The position numbers were made by a program, and so were the translations under genes. Positions 1 through 12,700 of a DNA stretch of 64,000 bases are shown here, in pieces (position 1 is the first letter of the stretch; every line of letters begins with the position of its first letter). This stretch comes from Trypanosoma brucei (taxonomy: Eukaryota). Under the pieces are notes generated by a model. The model searched no databases and had not been told where the DNA came from. It saw nothing but the letters and a program-made list of their open reading frames with translations. Location: positions 1,280,001 to 1,344,000 of the forward strand of contig CP000066.1 in the NCBI GenBank assembly GCA_000002445.1, given 5' to 3'.

Positions 1-122
1 GTGGTCAACGGAGGCTTACCGCTCCGGAAAGGTGTGCCGGTTCACGACACCAGCTTCATCACCAAACGCAACGGCACACATTCCTTTCCCTCACCGTGCA
101 CTCCGCACATCCTAAATAACGC

Positions 123-2708
123 TTAGGGTACAACTTCATCTCCATCCCTTCCATCTCCTCCGTCCCCGTTACCTCTTTCTTCCATCTCCCCATGGTTCTC
201 TTCCCGCTGCTCCCCCACTTCATATTCTTCTGCCAACCCTTGTCCTTCCTCCACCTCCTCTTCCTCCCCTTCCTCCACCTTCTCAGCCTCTTGCCCTTCC
301 TCCACTTCCTCTTCCTCCGCTATTCCCCCGTTTTCTTCACAGACATCCTCCTGTGCGTCCACAACTTCGTCATCTTCGAGACACTGCAATTGGTGCTCGG
401 CGAGGTCGACTTCCTCCTGCAACTTTTCTAATTGCTGCCGAAGTTGAGCAAGTTGTTCCCCTGCTTTTTGTGTCTCCAGCTCCAGAGGTGTGGGATCATG
501 TCCCTGCTTTGTTATAGTTTCTAATGAAACCCTCAGCTTTTGAAGTTCTTTCCGCGCGACTACCAGCTGACCACCGGCCATCTCTGGACTCTGTTGTTTA
601 CACCATTCAAGATCTTCCAACAGCTGGGCACGAACCGCTTCGGCCGCTGTGTGCTCCTTCAGTAGCTGCTCTGCGTGACTTGCAGACTGTGATTGCAAAG
701 ACTCACAAAGAGTACGGAGTGAGGGAAGCTGCCGTACCGAGCGCTTTGTGTCCACCAGGCGCAGCCGCGCTTCTTCAAGCAGAATCGTAATGTCTTCCGC
801 ATACCCACTCATCAGGGGTACACCCACCTTTCCGTGAAGAAGGCGCTCGCCCGCCACCGTGAGGCGGACGAGAAATGCAACGTCCCTTTGCAGTTGCCTC
901 TCATCCTTGTACAAGTTTGAGAGATCCCAGAGGCGTGTGTTGATTGATTTCACGAGTTCCTCTGTGCTCCTAGCGAAGACATCGACAAAGTGCCCCAATA
1001 TATCCGGTTCTTCCACTTCGATATTGTTTGCAGCACTTTCGACCTCTTCCCCCTCTTCTCTGACTGCTTCTTCATTCACACGGACGTTCCCCTCTTGGTG
1101 GGTTGTATGTTTTCCCACAACACTTGTTGTTGTTGATCGCAATTTCCCAGCTATAGAAGCAAACTTTCCATTTCCAGAAGTGGCCAAGAGCTGCACCAGA
1201 GAAACACCTTTGATGCGCTGCTGGAGGCGCGCGTTTTCAGCAATGAGGGTCACGATTGAGGCATGTTGTGTAGCGGACTTCACTTCGTATTGCAGAAGTT
1301 TCTCTTCTTGCTCTGGTGACGGTGGGCAAGCCATGGAACCCCTTAGTACTTCTGTGACAAGATGTTTGTTGAGTTCGGCGGATCTCTGACAAAGCGCAGC
1401 GCAGGAGTGTTGCAGTAGGCATCTGCGCCCCTCCTCCGCGGCTCGCGCGCCAAGAAAGAAGCATTCGCCCCCCACCACAGAGTGCGTTGAGAGGAGCAAC
1501 TTCTCCTTCAGTAGTTTTCGCAACGAGACCAACTCCCGGTACAAAGCACTTCTCAGTTTCTGCAAGTCCTCATAGCGTTGCATGGCACTCCGCAGGAAGC
1601 CTTGCGACACCTTCGGCACCTTAACATCCGAAGCGGACGCAAGTAAAGTTGCGACAGCGATCTCCGCTTGATGCAAACGTTTTTGCTGGCGTTGCTGTTG
1701 GGAAAGGAGTTGTTCCTCTGCTGCTGTAGGGTTTTGCGCGGCTAAGTGGTCAATCATCTGCTCCTCTGCGATGAGAAGAGAACGCTCCGCCCCCCAGAGG
1801 GAATATTGGTTCCATCTCGCCATGAGCTCCGGCACACACCTTTCGATTTCGTGTTGTCTACTGCACAATGCATCACTTGTTTCACACACTTGCTGCAACT
1901 TGTTACTCAGCGCTGACAGAGCCGGTGCCGCTGGGCCGATCAGCTCTGGGGGGACCTTTTGCAGTGCCTTCTCCATCTCTTCGAATCGGCGCCTCCCTTT
2001 ATCTACAAATTGTTTGGTGGGTACTGTGCCGCCTGAGGTCTCGGTTGCCAGTGGTGGGGTCCAGCTACATCCTTCCGGATTCATCGCCCTTGTCCTCGCT
2101 CCTGCACACTTCAGCCAATGAGACCGGGTTCCGAGGCGTGCAAGACGTTCCGCGTTGCCGTACAGCTCCATCATTTGGGCACACTGACTTGGCTGCAGAG
2201 GGCAGTATGGAGGATTTGTTGCTGTTGTTGTTGGTGATGAGGATGGCGCAGCTGCAGCTGCAGCTGTTGTTGGTTTTGTTCGTTTCCCCTGAAGTCCCGC
2301 CAGAAGTGCACGGAGGTGACTCATGCAACCACGGAGGGCCTCCCGTTCTGCAGTCTTCAGAGTCATTTGGAACCGTTGTGCACAAGCGGAATTCCTTCGC
2401 CCGGACTCCAGTGCCGCCACACGGTTGAGAAGTTCTCCATATGTTTCATCCGCTTCATCCACATCATCGACCGCTTCCACGGAGTAGCCGATGAACGGTT
2501 CCCCTTCTGTGCATCCCTCCGCATCTTCCTCGAGGCGCGGTTGCTTTTCTGGTGGTTCATGAGTTGCTACTTCATGCTTAGAGTCTGGTTCCTGTAAGTT
2601 GTCTTCCCGCGGGCGCTTTTTCTGAGCATTTGTCACTTCGCTACTGAGGCCTTGCAACTCGCCCTCACGCTCCTCCACTAGCGGGTTGTCATCAAATTGA
2701 GAGAGCAT
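123..2708 (-). CDS. Hypothetical coiled-coil protein, 861 aa, with a Glu-rich acidic C-terminal tail (EEEEVEEG repeats). No family recognised.
   Basis: Long uninterrupted minus-strand ORF with non-repetitive codon usage. Heptad-like Leu/Gln/Glu-rich segments run throughout. There is a poly-acidic C-terminus. A purine-rich (+ strand) tract lies immediately upstream at about 2753-2850. Confidence 0.55.
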   Translation of the reverse strand: MLSQFDDNPLVEEREGELQGLSSEVTNAQKKRPREDNLQEPDSKHEVATHEPPEKQPRLEEDAEGCTEGEPFIGYSVEAVDDVDEADETYGELLNRVAALESGRRNSACAQRFQMTLKTAEREALRGCMSHLRALLAGLQGKRTKPTTAAAAAAPSSSPTTTATNPPYCPLQPSQCAQMMELYGNAERLARLGTRSHWLKCAGARTRAMNPEGCSWTPPLATETSGGTVPTKQFVDKGRRRFEEMEKALQKVPPELIGPAAPALSALSNKLQQVCETSDALCSRQHEIERCVPELMARWNQYSLWGAERSLLIAEEQMIDHLAAQNPTAAEEQLLSQQQRQQKRLHQAEIAVATLLASASDVKVPKVSQGFLRSAMQRYEDLQKLRSALYRELVSLRKLLKEKLLLSTHSVVGGECFFLGARAAEEGRRCLLQHSCAALCQRSAELNKHLVTEVLRGSMACPPSPEQEEKLLQYEVKSATQHASIVTLIAENARLQQRIKGVSLVQLLATSGNGKFASIAGKLRSTTTSVVGKHTTHQEGNVRVNEEAVREEGEEVESAANNIEVEEPDILGHFVDVFARSTEELVKSINTRLWDLSNLYKDERQLQRDVAFLVRLTVAGERLLHGKVGVPLMSGYAEDITILLEEARLRLVDTKRSVRQLPSLRTLCESLQSQSASHAEQLLKEHTAAEAVRAQLLEDLEWCKQQSPEMAGGQLVVARKELQKLRVSLETITKQGHDPTPLELETQKAGEQLAQLRQQLEKLQEEVDLAEHQLQCLEDDEVVDAQEDVCEENGGIAEEEEVEEGQEAEKVEEGEEEEVEEGQGLAEEYEVGEQREENHGEMEERGNGDGGDGRDGDEVVP

Positions 2709-2752
2709 GGTACTGAAGTGCTCCTTCTCTCAACTAAAAGTTCTGTACCTTT

Positions 2753-2850
2753 GGAAAAAAAATTAAAATAAAATAAGAAAAAGACATCACCACGACAACA
2801 CCAGTAGCAAAAGGAAGGAAGGGGGAAAAAGGCAAAGATGAGGGGTTGTT
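2753..2850 (-). promoter_or_regulatory. Polypyrimidine tract on the coding strand (purine-rich on +) with AG dinucleotides, immediately 5' of the ORF at 123-2708. Putative spliced-leader trans-splice acceptor region.
   Basis: The + strand reads ggaaaaaaaattaaaataaaataagaaaaag...aaaaggaaggaagggggaaaaaggcaaag. This pattern is established for kinetoplastid mRNA processing. Similar tracts precede most genes here, e.g. 56480-56620 before the dynamin gene and 48780-48960 before the zinc-ribbon gene. Confidence 0.4.
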
Positions 2851-3032
2851 CCACTCCATCCTTCTCCTCCCTTCTCCCCCCCCCCACACACACACAGGAG
2901 ATATTTTTATGTGTATCTCTGTGCTGACGAGAGCAAGTGAGCAGCCGGTGGCAGCATCGGTCAAGGATCAAGGAAGAAGGATTGCGACTGGAAAAAGATG
3001 GCGGGTTTGGCTGATTGGTTGGTTGTGTGTGT

Positions 3033-3060
3033 GTGCGTGCGTGCGTGCGTGCGTGCGTTG
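3033..3060. repeat. (TGCG)n / GT-rich microsatellite
   Basis: Direct reading: gtgtgtgtgtgcgtgcgtgcgtgcgtgcgtgcgttgtgcgttgtgtgttgtg. Confidence 0.85.
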
Positions 3061-5088
3061 TGCGTTGTGTGTTGTGTATGTATTTGTGTGTAGTTGCTGC
3101 ACAAAAAGGAAGGAGGAGGGGAGGGGGAAAAGAGGTAGAAAAACACAAAACAAAACAATAAGGTAGAAGCAAGTTATGCTTCACAACACACACACCGACC
3201 CCTACCTCCCGGGAGGATTTTCTGTTTTCCTCCATTTCAACTTCCACACCCCATTGATTCAATGCTTGCAAATGCGACGACACGCACATGCACAAGTCTG
3301 CGGGTAACACAAGTGTGCGTGTGCATGTGCATGTGTGTGTATATATGGGGTTCAGATACAAACAAGGGGGGATCAAAGTAAAGTAAAGAAAATAATAATA
3401 ACAATAATAACAAAAAGAAAGAAACCGAGCGTGGGCATGTATTTTTTTTTCCCTTTGCGGAGTGTGCGCGTGCATAGGGAAGAGGGGATGGAGGTGGTAA
3501 TACATTGATGTGCTGGGTGGCACATTTACTGAATTATGCGGTTACAAATATTTTCTTCACATATATACATATTTATTTAATAGTCCACCTTCCTATTCCT
3601 TTTCTTTCTCCTCGTTTTCTTTTTTTCTTTTCTTAATTTTCGAGGAAAGAAGCCATTTGTTTCACGTTGTACACATTCTCGTCATTTAAAAACAAACACG
3701 CACGTCAATATATGTAAATATAAATGTATTTGAAGCTTGTGCGTGTGTGAGGAAGAGAGAGCAGTGGTGACACATACGTAATGGTAAAGGGCAATCACGC
3801 ACTCCATTAACATATACATTGAAGAGTAACAAAACAAAAAAAAAAGGAAAAAATGGAGTGTGGGAAAATGTTTTATTTTTATTTTTAATTTATTTTTATG
3901 TTCCTCCCCCCTAATTCATTTCGATATTTCTCCCTCTTCTTTTTCACTGGCGCTGATGGTAGTCAGGCACCTTTATCACGTACCACCCCCATAAGAGCAC
4001 ACGCGCACACACAAAAAAAAAGGGAGAAGAAAAGAAGCCGCTTCCCCCAATAACACACAACAGGAAAAAAAGAGGGGATAATTAAAGAAGAAGAAGAAAA
4101 AAAAGGAGTTGTTGAAGCGGAAACAGTAACAACCGGCAGTCAATCGTACGGAATAAAACAAGAAGGGGGGAAAAAAAACTTCAGAAGAAGTGATGTTTGC
4201 CTTTGGGTCTAAGAGCGGTAGCTATAACCCCATTTTCTAAGAGAAAATACCAACTTGCTTCCGCGGATTCTTGCAGAAGTATATGAACAACATATCAACG
4301 CAAATACATGTAAACATATAAACAAACGTGTCTGAGATGTGAAGCAACCCATCAAAATAGAGGAACAAACAAGCAGAATACCTGGAGACAACAATAACAA
4401 TAACATTAATAATAATAATAGTAGCGATGATGATGATGATGATAAAGGGGAATATAGCGTACAGCTCGAAGCATTTTTTTAAAAAAAAACCGCAAGCAAA
4501 CGAAAAAGGGTACGCAATAAACCAAACGACGACCGCGGAAGTCACAGATCAGTCAACAAGAAAATGATTAAGAAATCGGAGGAAAAAAACAAGAAGACGA
4601 AAAACAAAAACAAAAACAAAAAACAACAAACAAAAACAAGTAAGAAGTTTGAGGAATACCGGGATTCCACAGAGCCGCACTACACACAAACACAAACACG
4701 AACACACAAAATATTGACCAAACGCCTGTTGGAGGGAGACGAAGAAAAATAATAGCGGGGAAAACAGATTTCGTCGCAGTCATGTTTAGCGGCGGGTCCG
4801 GGCCCTCCATCGACCGCATTTATCTTTTTTTAATTTTTATTTTTAACTTCACTTCATTTCATCTCCGTTTTGTTTTTATCGTCTCCTTCCCTATGTACTT
4901 TCCTTTTTCCCCAACTTATTATTATTATCATCCTTTTTTTTTACTTATTATTAATATTATTCTCTATTGGCACAATTTCACAAACACATACACCAAAAAG
5001 AAAGTGAAACATTACATTTTACATCACCAAATAAAACTCGGAAAAGGGAGACGAGATGATAATAAAACAGAGTAAAAAACATAAAAAA

Positions 5089-5176
5089 CAACAACAACAA
5101 CAACAACATGGGAAGGAGGAGGAAAGGCAATCAAACACAACACAAACACAACACAACACAACACACACACACACAC
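5089..5176. repeat. (CAA)6 followed by (CACAA)n/(CA)n purine-poor microsatellite block inside the 4.6-kb intergenic region. Further (TA)n lie at about 5627-5643 and 5807-5825.
   Basis: Direct reading: caacaacaacaacaacaacatgg...cacaacacaaacacaacacaacacaacacacacacacacacgaag. Confidence 0.85.
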
Positions 5177-6071
5177 GAAGAAAAAAACAAAAAAGTGACA
5201 AGGAAAAATTATGAGTTAGGCTCCAACACCAAATCAAATAAAGTCAAAAGTCAAGTCAAAAGCATGAAAGCAACAGCGATAACTGCAATAATGCTGTGCA
5301 AGAAAAGGAAGAGAACGAAAAGAAGGGGAGCACAATCAACATACTCATAAAGGCGAAATCGCTGGTTGCTGCTTTTTGTTATTATTGCCTTTGCTTGGAT
5401 GAAAGAAAGTAAGAAAGAAAAACCAAAACAAAACCAACCACAGAAAAGAAAAAAGAAAAAAAAAAGGAAAAAAAAAGCGTACACGCAAGGGAAGGAGAAG
5501 GAAGAAAAACCCAATCCAAATTTCGAAAAAAAAAGATATCACCTGGAAAGATATAATATCGTGGCGACCACTTGCACTTACGGAACACAGGGGGAGGGTG
5601 AAGCAGATGTGATTCGATATACGTTAATATATATATATATATAAATATGCGTGTTTTCCCTCCGACCATTCTGTCTCCTCTCCCTTCGAAACCCCAATCG
5701 ATGCCAGATGCATGCATACTTATTTAAGATGAATAGTCATAATAACAATAGTAATGACAACAACAACAACAATAAATATTTAAGTATACCCTAACTATAT
5801 AGTGATTATATATATATATATATATTCAAACGTGCATACTCTCTCTCTCCCTCACACACAAACACACACACACGCACACGCATTTATAACCGTGAACAAA
5901 TAGAAGATAGAAGGGAAGGAAAGTGCTGGAAGGAATACGTGATGCGGCTGAACATAAATACTTTACTTAACTTCCCTTTCCCTTTCACCTTCCGTGCAGC
6001 GTTACATTCCATGTGCGTGATAAAGTTGAAAAATAAACCGAAAGCAAACGCAAACACACACTACAGCCACT

Positions 6072-6074
<3 letters not shown>

Positions 6075-6106
<32 letters not shown>
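6075..6106. repeat. (AT)16 microsatellite flanked by a ttgcat/atgcaa inverted context
   Basis: Direct reading: ttgc atatatatatatatatatatatatatatatat gcaa. Confidence 0.95.
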
Positions 6107-6109
<3 letters not shown>

Positions 6110-6679
6110 AGTGTGCGTATGGTTGCTTCCCATTTATTCACATTATTCATACGTATTCCCTCTTATTTTCACCTTCCCACATTGCACGGTTGGGGTTCCA
6201 ACTGAGTAACGCATGTGAAGTGACAACAGCAGTGAGAACAAATGAATATAGAGAACGAAAACGGAACCAACAACAAGAAAAAAAAAAGAAGCGAGGAAAG
6301 TGTTCGGTGGAGGAGTCTCTCACCCCAACATCATTAGTAATAATAGTAATAAAAACAATAAATGGACTAAATCTGGGGAAAGTTACAAAAAAGGACAAGT
6401 TGCCACCTGACCAATGACCGACACCACCACAGCATTTAAGAAAAAAAAAAGAAAACAACTCTACACGAGGATGAAAAGAAACACAAAACACGAAAGCAAC
6501 ACGAAAATGACTGTCAAAGATACGGGCGCACGCCTGTACACAACATAGAGCAAGGTAACGGAACGTAATGCCACTTCCACAGGGTTCAAATGTGACGACC
6601 GTTGCAACGAAAAAAAAAGCGGAAAAAGACTAAAAAGAAACAACAACTATACATTGGAAACATAACACGAATAAACCGC

Positions 6680-6682
<3 letters not shown>

Positions 6683-6710
<28 letters not shown>
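6683..6710. repeat. (AC)14 microsatellite
   Basis: Direct reading: aaacacacacacacacacacacacacacacttaaa. Confidence 0.95.
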
Positions 6711-7350
6711 TTAAAAGGGAAATATCATCTCATCTTATTTCATTTCACTCACTTACCTTTCATTTAACTTTTCACTCCGTTTTGCGACTGTATTGACGAT
6801 GATAACACGAGCCCTTCAAAGATACGGACGTAGGGGCTCACAGATAGTGTTTGAAATACATTCTTTTTATTTTAATAAGTGCCCTCTTCCCCCTTATCTC
6901 TTCGCTCCCCTTTCCCTTTTATCTTTTGTTGGTTTCCTCCATTTTATATAACGTTTCGTCCTATTTTCCCCTTTTCTAATCACTCACTCAACCACACACT
7001 CACCCTCTCCCTATCCTTCATTCTTTCATCCGCACCTTTCATCTTTCCACTCCCTTCTACCACCGGCGAGCGCCACATCATATATATATATATATAAAGT
7101 AAGAAAAGAAACAGCGGCCGCAACAGCGATTTAGACTGACCACCATTCGCTCGCTTGCTTTCAACATCAATATTTCGTTTTCCTCACTCCTCACTTATTA
7201 TTGCATTGCCATTTCGGTTCATTGTATGCATATGTATATGTATATGTAAATATAAATATAAATTTCTTCTTTTTTTTGCTTTTAGTCTGTTAAGCATACG
7301 AAACACACAGAACACACGCACACAAACACACACCTAACGCAACTGCCGTA

Positions 7351-8268
7351 TCAAAACTTTGGAAAGCGTGTGGAGGCAAAAATTGCGTTGTCTTCAAGCG
7401 CCTTCTTTGCTAATTGTTTCCGATGGGGAATCTTTCCTAAAAGGATGGGCCTATGACGCGGCCGCTCTGGCTTTTCCGCTGGTTTCGGCTCGTCTCCCTC
7501 CGTCGTACCGGCATCTGCTTCCGCCCCTACTTCCCCATCCGCATTGGCAGGTGCCACCGCCCTTGTAGCACCAGTTTCTGTCTCCCCCGTTTTATTATCC
7601 TCCTTGTCGCTTGCATCACTTATAGCAATTTCCTCTTCTTCATTCCAACTGATGCTCGGCGGCCGCTCCCGCCTCTTGACGAGCCCCCGGTTCCGGTTCG
7701 CGTTAAACCACGGGAGGCTGCGCATTCCGGGGAAGTCAATGCTATACGTGAAGGTTTCCGACCCGCTGCTCGCATCACTGGCATCCGCCGCTCCCGGTGA
7801 ATCATCGCAAGATACCCATTGCCCATTTGCCATGGCCTTCGGTGAACTCTTCCGTATGGCGTCCTCACCATCTACAGCGCCGAGACGCTTTCCACTAAGC
7901 GACTCTGCCAGTTGACCGCTGTTCTTCCTCAGAGGTTTTATATCGTCGCAACCGACACCCGCCAGATCGGCTTTCTTAGGCAGCGCCTGTGGGATATATT
8001 TGGAGGGGAGGAGACAACCAGTCTTCGGCTGGGGCAAAGGTTTAAGCACCACTGGTGCCTTTCTAACAAACATCTCAAATCCAGTCTGAAGTGTCGCGTC
8101 GTTGCCGCCATTTGATGATGTTTGGGTATTGTCCTTTACTCCCGCAGAATTTTGGACCCGCCCCGGCGTATTACCTTTGCTCGAATTCGAACTTTTGCGG
8201 GAAGGCGTCCCTTGCGATCCTCTACTATGATCCTTTTTATCATAGTTTTTGACGACAGCCCCTCCCAT
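7351..8268 (-). CDS. Hypothetical low-complexity (Ser/Gly/Pro/Ala/Asp-rich) protein, 305 aa
   Basis: Minus-strand ORF in the same orientation as all its neighbours. It begins MGGAVVK. It is compositionally biased but not a simple repeat, and no domain was recognised. Confidence 0.4.
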   Translation of the reverse strand: MGGAVVKNYDKKDHSRGSQGTPSRKSSNSSKGNTPGRVQNSAGVKDNTQTSSNGGNDATLQTGFEMFVRKAPVVLKPLPQPKTGCLLPSKYIPQALPKKADLAGVGCDDIKPLRKNSGQLAESLSGKRLGAVDGEDAIRKSSPKAMANGQWVSCDDSPGAADASDASSGSETFTYSIDFPGMRSLPWFNANRNRGLVKRRERPPSISWNEEEEIAISDASDKEDNKTGETETGATRAVAPANADGEVGAEADAGTTEGDEPKPAEKPERPRHRPILLGKIPHRKQLAKKALEDNAIFASTRFPKF

Positions 8269-9775
8269 TGTGCAGCACCCTGTAAAAGGGGATACAGTAT
8301 CCTTTTACAAATTGCAGCAGGTGCGTAACGGTCTATATCAATGCCACTACGGCGAGGCAAATAGTAATACAGTACTTGTGCTAGAAGCCCGCTCACCTAA
8401 GGGCTTTTTCTCTTTTCCCCCCTTTCTTACAGTGTACTTTCACCCACAACTTCCTTCCTTCCTTCCTTCCTTTTTTATTTTTTATTTTCTCTTTTTGCTG
8501 CGTGTGCGCGTGCTAACTGTTTTGCTCTTCTTTCCTTATCTCCCCTTTCCACTATTCCGTCGCTTACTTTGCCCAAACACGGTTAGGCAGTTACCCACAC
8601 TGGCGCAACGCCTTTTCCGTACGTGTACGCCTATGTATATATACGTATATATATATATTTATATATGTATATATGTGCGTGTGAGCCCTTCCTCAACCGA
8701 GTGAATAGTTCCCCAGGACGTTGAGGAAGGCTGGAGGTGCCACGGCGTTAACCAACCAAACAACCCCCCAAAAAAACAATAGCAAAAAGCGCCTCAAAAC
8801 GCGGAAGGAAAGAAAGTCGGCACCCCAAACCAATCGGTATGCCTCCGTTCTTCTCACCGCACACACACACACACAAACACTATTCCTTTGTTATTTCCCT
8901 CCCTTTTGTTTTCCTTATATATATATATATATTTCTTTTTGTCTTTTACGGTTACTTTAGACTCGCGAGTGAACGCCAGCTGCTGTTGTTTTTGTTTGCT
9001 TGTGACTAGAGACTGTCGATGTGCACGTTTTAAAAAATTTACCACTGGTCCTATACGGAGGGGGTTTCAACAGTCCTTCCACAATGCTCTTTTCCTATTC
9101 CCTCCCGTCGTTGCTCTTGTTACAATGGCAACAATGCTAACCAGTACTCCACAGCTGGAGGGCGTCAAACAACTGAGGATTGTGACAGAAAAGAAGGAGA
9201 GGGGGAAAACAACAAAGAAGACATAGGAACAGAAAGGTAGAGGTTAATCAGGGAGACACATACACACACAGAGATTCATACAAACTTGCGTTGGAATAAA
9301 ATTGGAAAGAGCACAGAGAGACATTCACTTAAAATGGGGCAACAACTTTAATCCCGTAGCAATGGGATGTGGATTTGCAGACGCGTAAGGGGGGGGGCAC
9401 AACAGGGAGGTTACGTGTTCAATCGCCCCCTAATTTGCGTGGAGTTAGCCGTTTAATCGGGAAAGATACACCCTCTCTGACGCACAGGAACGAGGGGAAA
9501 TCAAATTTAGAAAAACATTCAGCGTAAAACAAACAAACAGCATCTGCACATAACCTTCTTAAGTTCTTGCACCGTATTTAGACATGATCTCCGCTTACAC
9601 CACCGCTATACGAGGATACTCCACCTTGACAGTTTAGTCCACACTTGAACTCCATCTACAGGGCATGTGCCCCCAGAAGTTGGTTGTCTCTGTTGCTTAA
9701 ACGTGCCATACTCTTCAATCCTGATTCACTTCATTTCATTACATTACCTTCGTTCCTTCCGTCCCCAGATTCATG

Positions 9776-12700
9776 CTACTGAGTTTGCGCTGCAGCTGCC
9801 GAGCGAACTTTGTAGTCTTCCTCCATTGCACTATTCAGCTCACGCACAAGCTCACGGTAACGGCGGGCTGTTGCCTCAGCAGCGGTATATTCCTCCATCG
9901 TTTTCAGAGGAACGCTGCGCCCAAGCTGTTGCGTGAATTCATCTCCAAGAGCCTGCTGTGCATGAACCATCCACTGTATAAAGAGCGTAACCTCGCATAC
10001 GTCGTCGATAGGACTCATATAGTTGTCACCTTCATCTACACCTCCCTCAACATCCTCATCTTCATCATCGCTATCAAGAGTGCAGTCATCAACATTCGAA
10101 CCACCGTCACTGAAGTCATCTATTCCAAGCACATCTTCATCCTCCACATCGATTTCTTCCGCTTCCTCGGACTCAACTCCGAGGCGTATGTTTGTTATTT
10201 TCTCCTCGCTTATGCGACATCGAGGTACGAGTTGTGTGTGATTGGCGAAAATGCAGTGCTGAATCAACGCCACCGTTTGTCGAAGATATGGTTGGAACGA
10301 GGTTAAATTAATGCTACTCTGGAAGGTTACACAAGAGGTCGATGTAAGGTATTGTAGAAGGGAAATGAGCCCTAATGCAAGAACCTTGCGCGTGAGGAGC
10401 GATAGATTCTCAACAACTTCTTCATCCGCATTCTTTCCACCGCTCCCGCGTTTCTTCTTCCCCTTCGTTTTCTGAGGTGGATTTATCGCTGCGCGGAAGA
10501 AGTTGAACAAGGAGTCGAAGAACTGAGAGTAGGCACTATTCTCCATAATGATGTGAAGTGTGGCCGCGGCGTTATAGTAGAAGGCGTCCATCACTGCCAC
10601 CACGATCCAAACGCGCAGTCGCACCTCCCCCTCGTGAGCGTTTTTGTCCGCCAGGGCACGAAGTAGCAGCAAAACAAAGCGAGGCAAGTAGGCATCAAAC
10701 AAGCCGGGTACCGCCTCACAGTGTTTTGACTGATGGAGCAGCGCCTCAACAAGTTGTGGCACACCCACTTTGTCGCTCACACCACACACGGCTTGAAAAA
10801 GAATTTTTTCGCACGCCCCAAACGTTGCCTCCATCAGGGCAGTATTCTGAACGTACTCTGCTGCTTCGTTCGATATGTAGTTGTCCAATACTTCTTCAAT
10901 TAATCCAAAAAAGTCTACCCCGATGCCTGAGTCGATGGACTTGAATAGCAACGGAAGCAAGTCCCAACACTCGCGTGTGATGGGCTTCGCATTGTTGACC
11001 ACGATCAGCCATATTCCAAGTGTCTTCTCCATGAATTCATAGTTATCTGGTCTTTCCATTACTGCCCTTATCAACCGCACAACATCAGGCATTATACTCT
11101 TGAATACCTGTGAATCGTTGGCAGAAGCCTCCAACACATTTTGCAGCGCGTCGAGCAACGCGCAGGCGCTCATATCTGCGCTCCAATAGTCTTGTAGAGC
11201 ATTTTCATCCATTGCTTCTTCTTGGTGCGCCATATCGAATGCAGTTGCTAGAAAAACATTCACAAGCGCTGCGCCGAGTTTGTGAAGCACCGGTTTCAGC
11301 TCTGGTGAGAAGTTTTCAACGAGGAACAACAACATCGTGGGCACAAGGGTTGTATGGACTCGGTTAAGGAAACCCAAGCACTCTTCAACGAGCGGGACAA
11401 GGACGTTCTTTATATACGGCCAGACCCGCTTCATTTCAACCAAGGAACACATGACGTCGATTACACCCAACCGAATACGGGCATCAGGATCCTGCAGAAG
11501 GGAGGAAAGAAGTTGGAAGAATGAATCAAAATCCTCGGTTCGCATTGGCGCCCTGACGTAGCGCTGATAAGTCGTTGTGGCCTTAAACCGCAAAGGAATG
11601 CAGAAGGCGGTGGGAAGCATACGCGGTGCAACAAACGAAACAAGAAACTGAGCAACTTGCGTGTTCCACACCTCACGGTCACTTCGAAGATACTTCCGAA
11701 GCGCCGAGAAGAGATGTAGAAACCCAAAGGTCTGAGCGAACGTCTCCGATGTGTCTCCTCTGGAAAGACCAACGGTAATCACGTTCAACATTTGTGGCAG
11801 CAGGTTCTCCTGGTAGTCCTTATTCCCCTTAATGAAAGCTACTATTGTATTAGATGCTGTGACGCGCGTGGACACCTCACCGTCCTCGAAGGTCCCCTCC
11901 AACATGTACTGAGCAAAGTCAGAGATATCGTCAGCGTTTGCGAAGACAGCCTCATCCTCTTCATTGCAGCAAAGATAAGGAAATAACGAGGATTCCACCA
12001 CCTGCAATAGTCGGGGAAGGAGACACTTTCGATAGAGATTCTCATCAAATGTGCACAGCTTCAAATAACGCATGGCGGCGATGTCGGTGCTTTGGTGCTG
12101 ACTTCGCGCCTTTGACGTCGCCGAGTACTCTAACCAGCGTGGCCAAACCTCGAGAAATGCCTGTGCATGTGTTTCTAGAAAGTGCTTGGCCACAGGTTGG
12201 GGGCTCTTCTTTTTCGTTGCATCATTCATTATGGAGTAGGATATCATGGCAATTCGCTTGACGCAACGAACATAGGATTCGTAAACCTTCTGCGAGCCCC
12301 CCGCTGCGGCGTCGTTAGCAGCCGCAAAATGACGTTCAGGGTAAGTGACCATGGTGCTGAACCAATCGTCAAAAACATTGGCCGGAATGTTATGATCACG
12401 CTTCACTTGTAACACTGCCTCGACGACGCATTCCATAATTTTTAATACCATATGGTCCACTTGAAAATCCCCGTAGGACAGGAAGGGGGTCAATGCAGTG
12501 ATGAGGGCGCTGCAGACCTCCAACTTGTCCCCCATGGGCACAAGGTTGGGTGTCTTGTAGCGCTTCACAAACACATACAACAGTCTCAAGGAGGCAATTG
12601 AACGGTCTGCGGTAATCCCGTCTCTGCTGCATATAATTTCCGGCATCAGCTTATGTACGTAATTCCACTGAAATAGACTAATAAGCGTGCTGATGCACGT

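Noticed and set aside
2678-3523. 281-codon minus-strand ORF just upstream of the first gene
   Set aside because: The translation is dominated by HTHT/CV and poly-Y low-complexity, produced by reading through (GT)n/(GCGT)n microsatellites. It is in a different frame from the adjacent real gene, with which it overlaps, and it sits in the polypyrimidine/UTR region.
8249-9226. + strand ORFs (8249-8704, 8888-9226) in the gap between the low-complexity gene and the importin gene
   Set aside because: Their products are strings of F/L/P/Y-rich low complexity that traverse (CTTC)n and (TA)n repeats. They lie on the opposite strand to every convincing gene.
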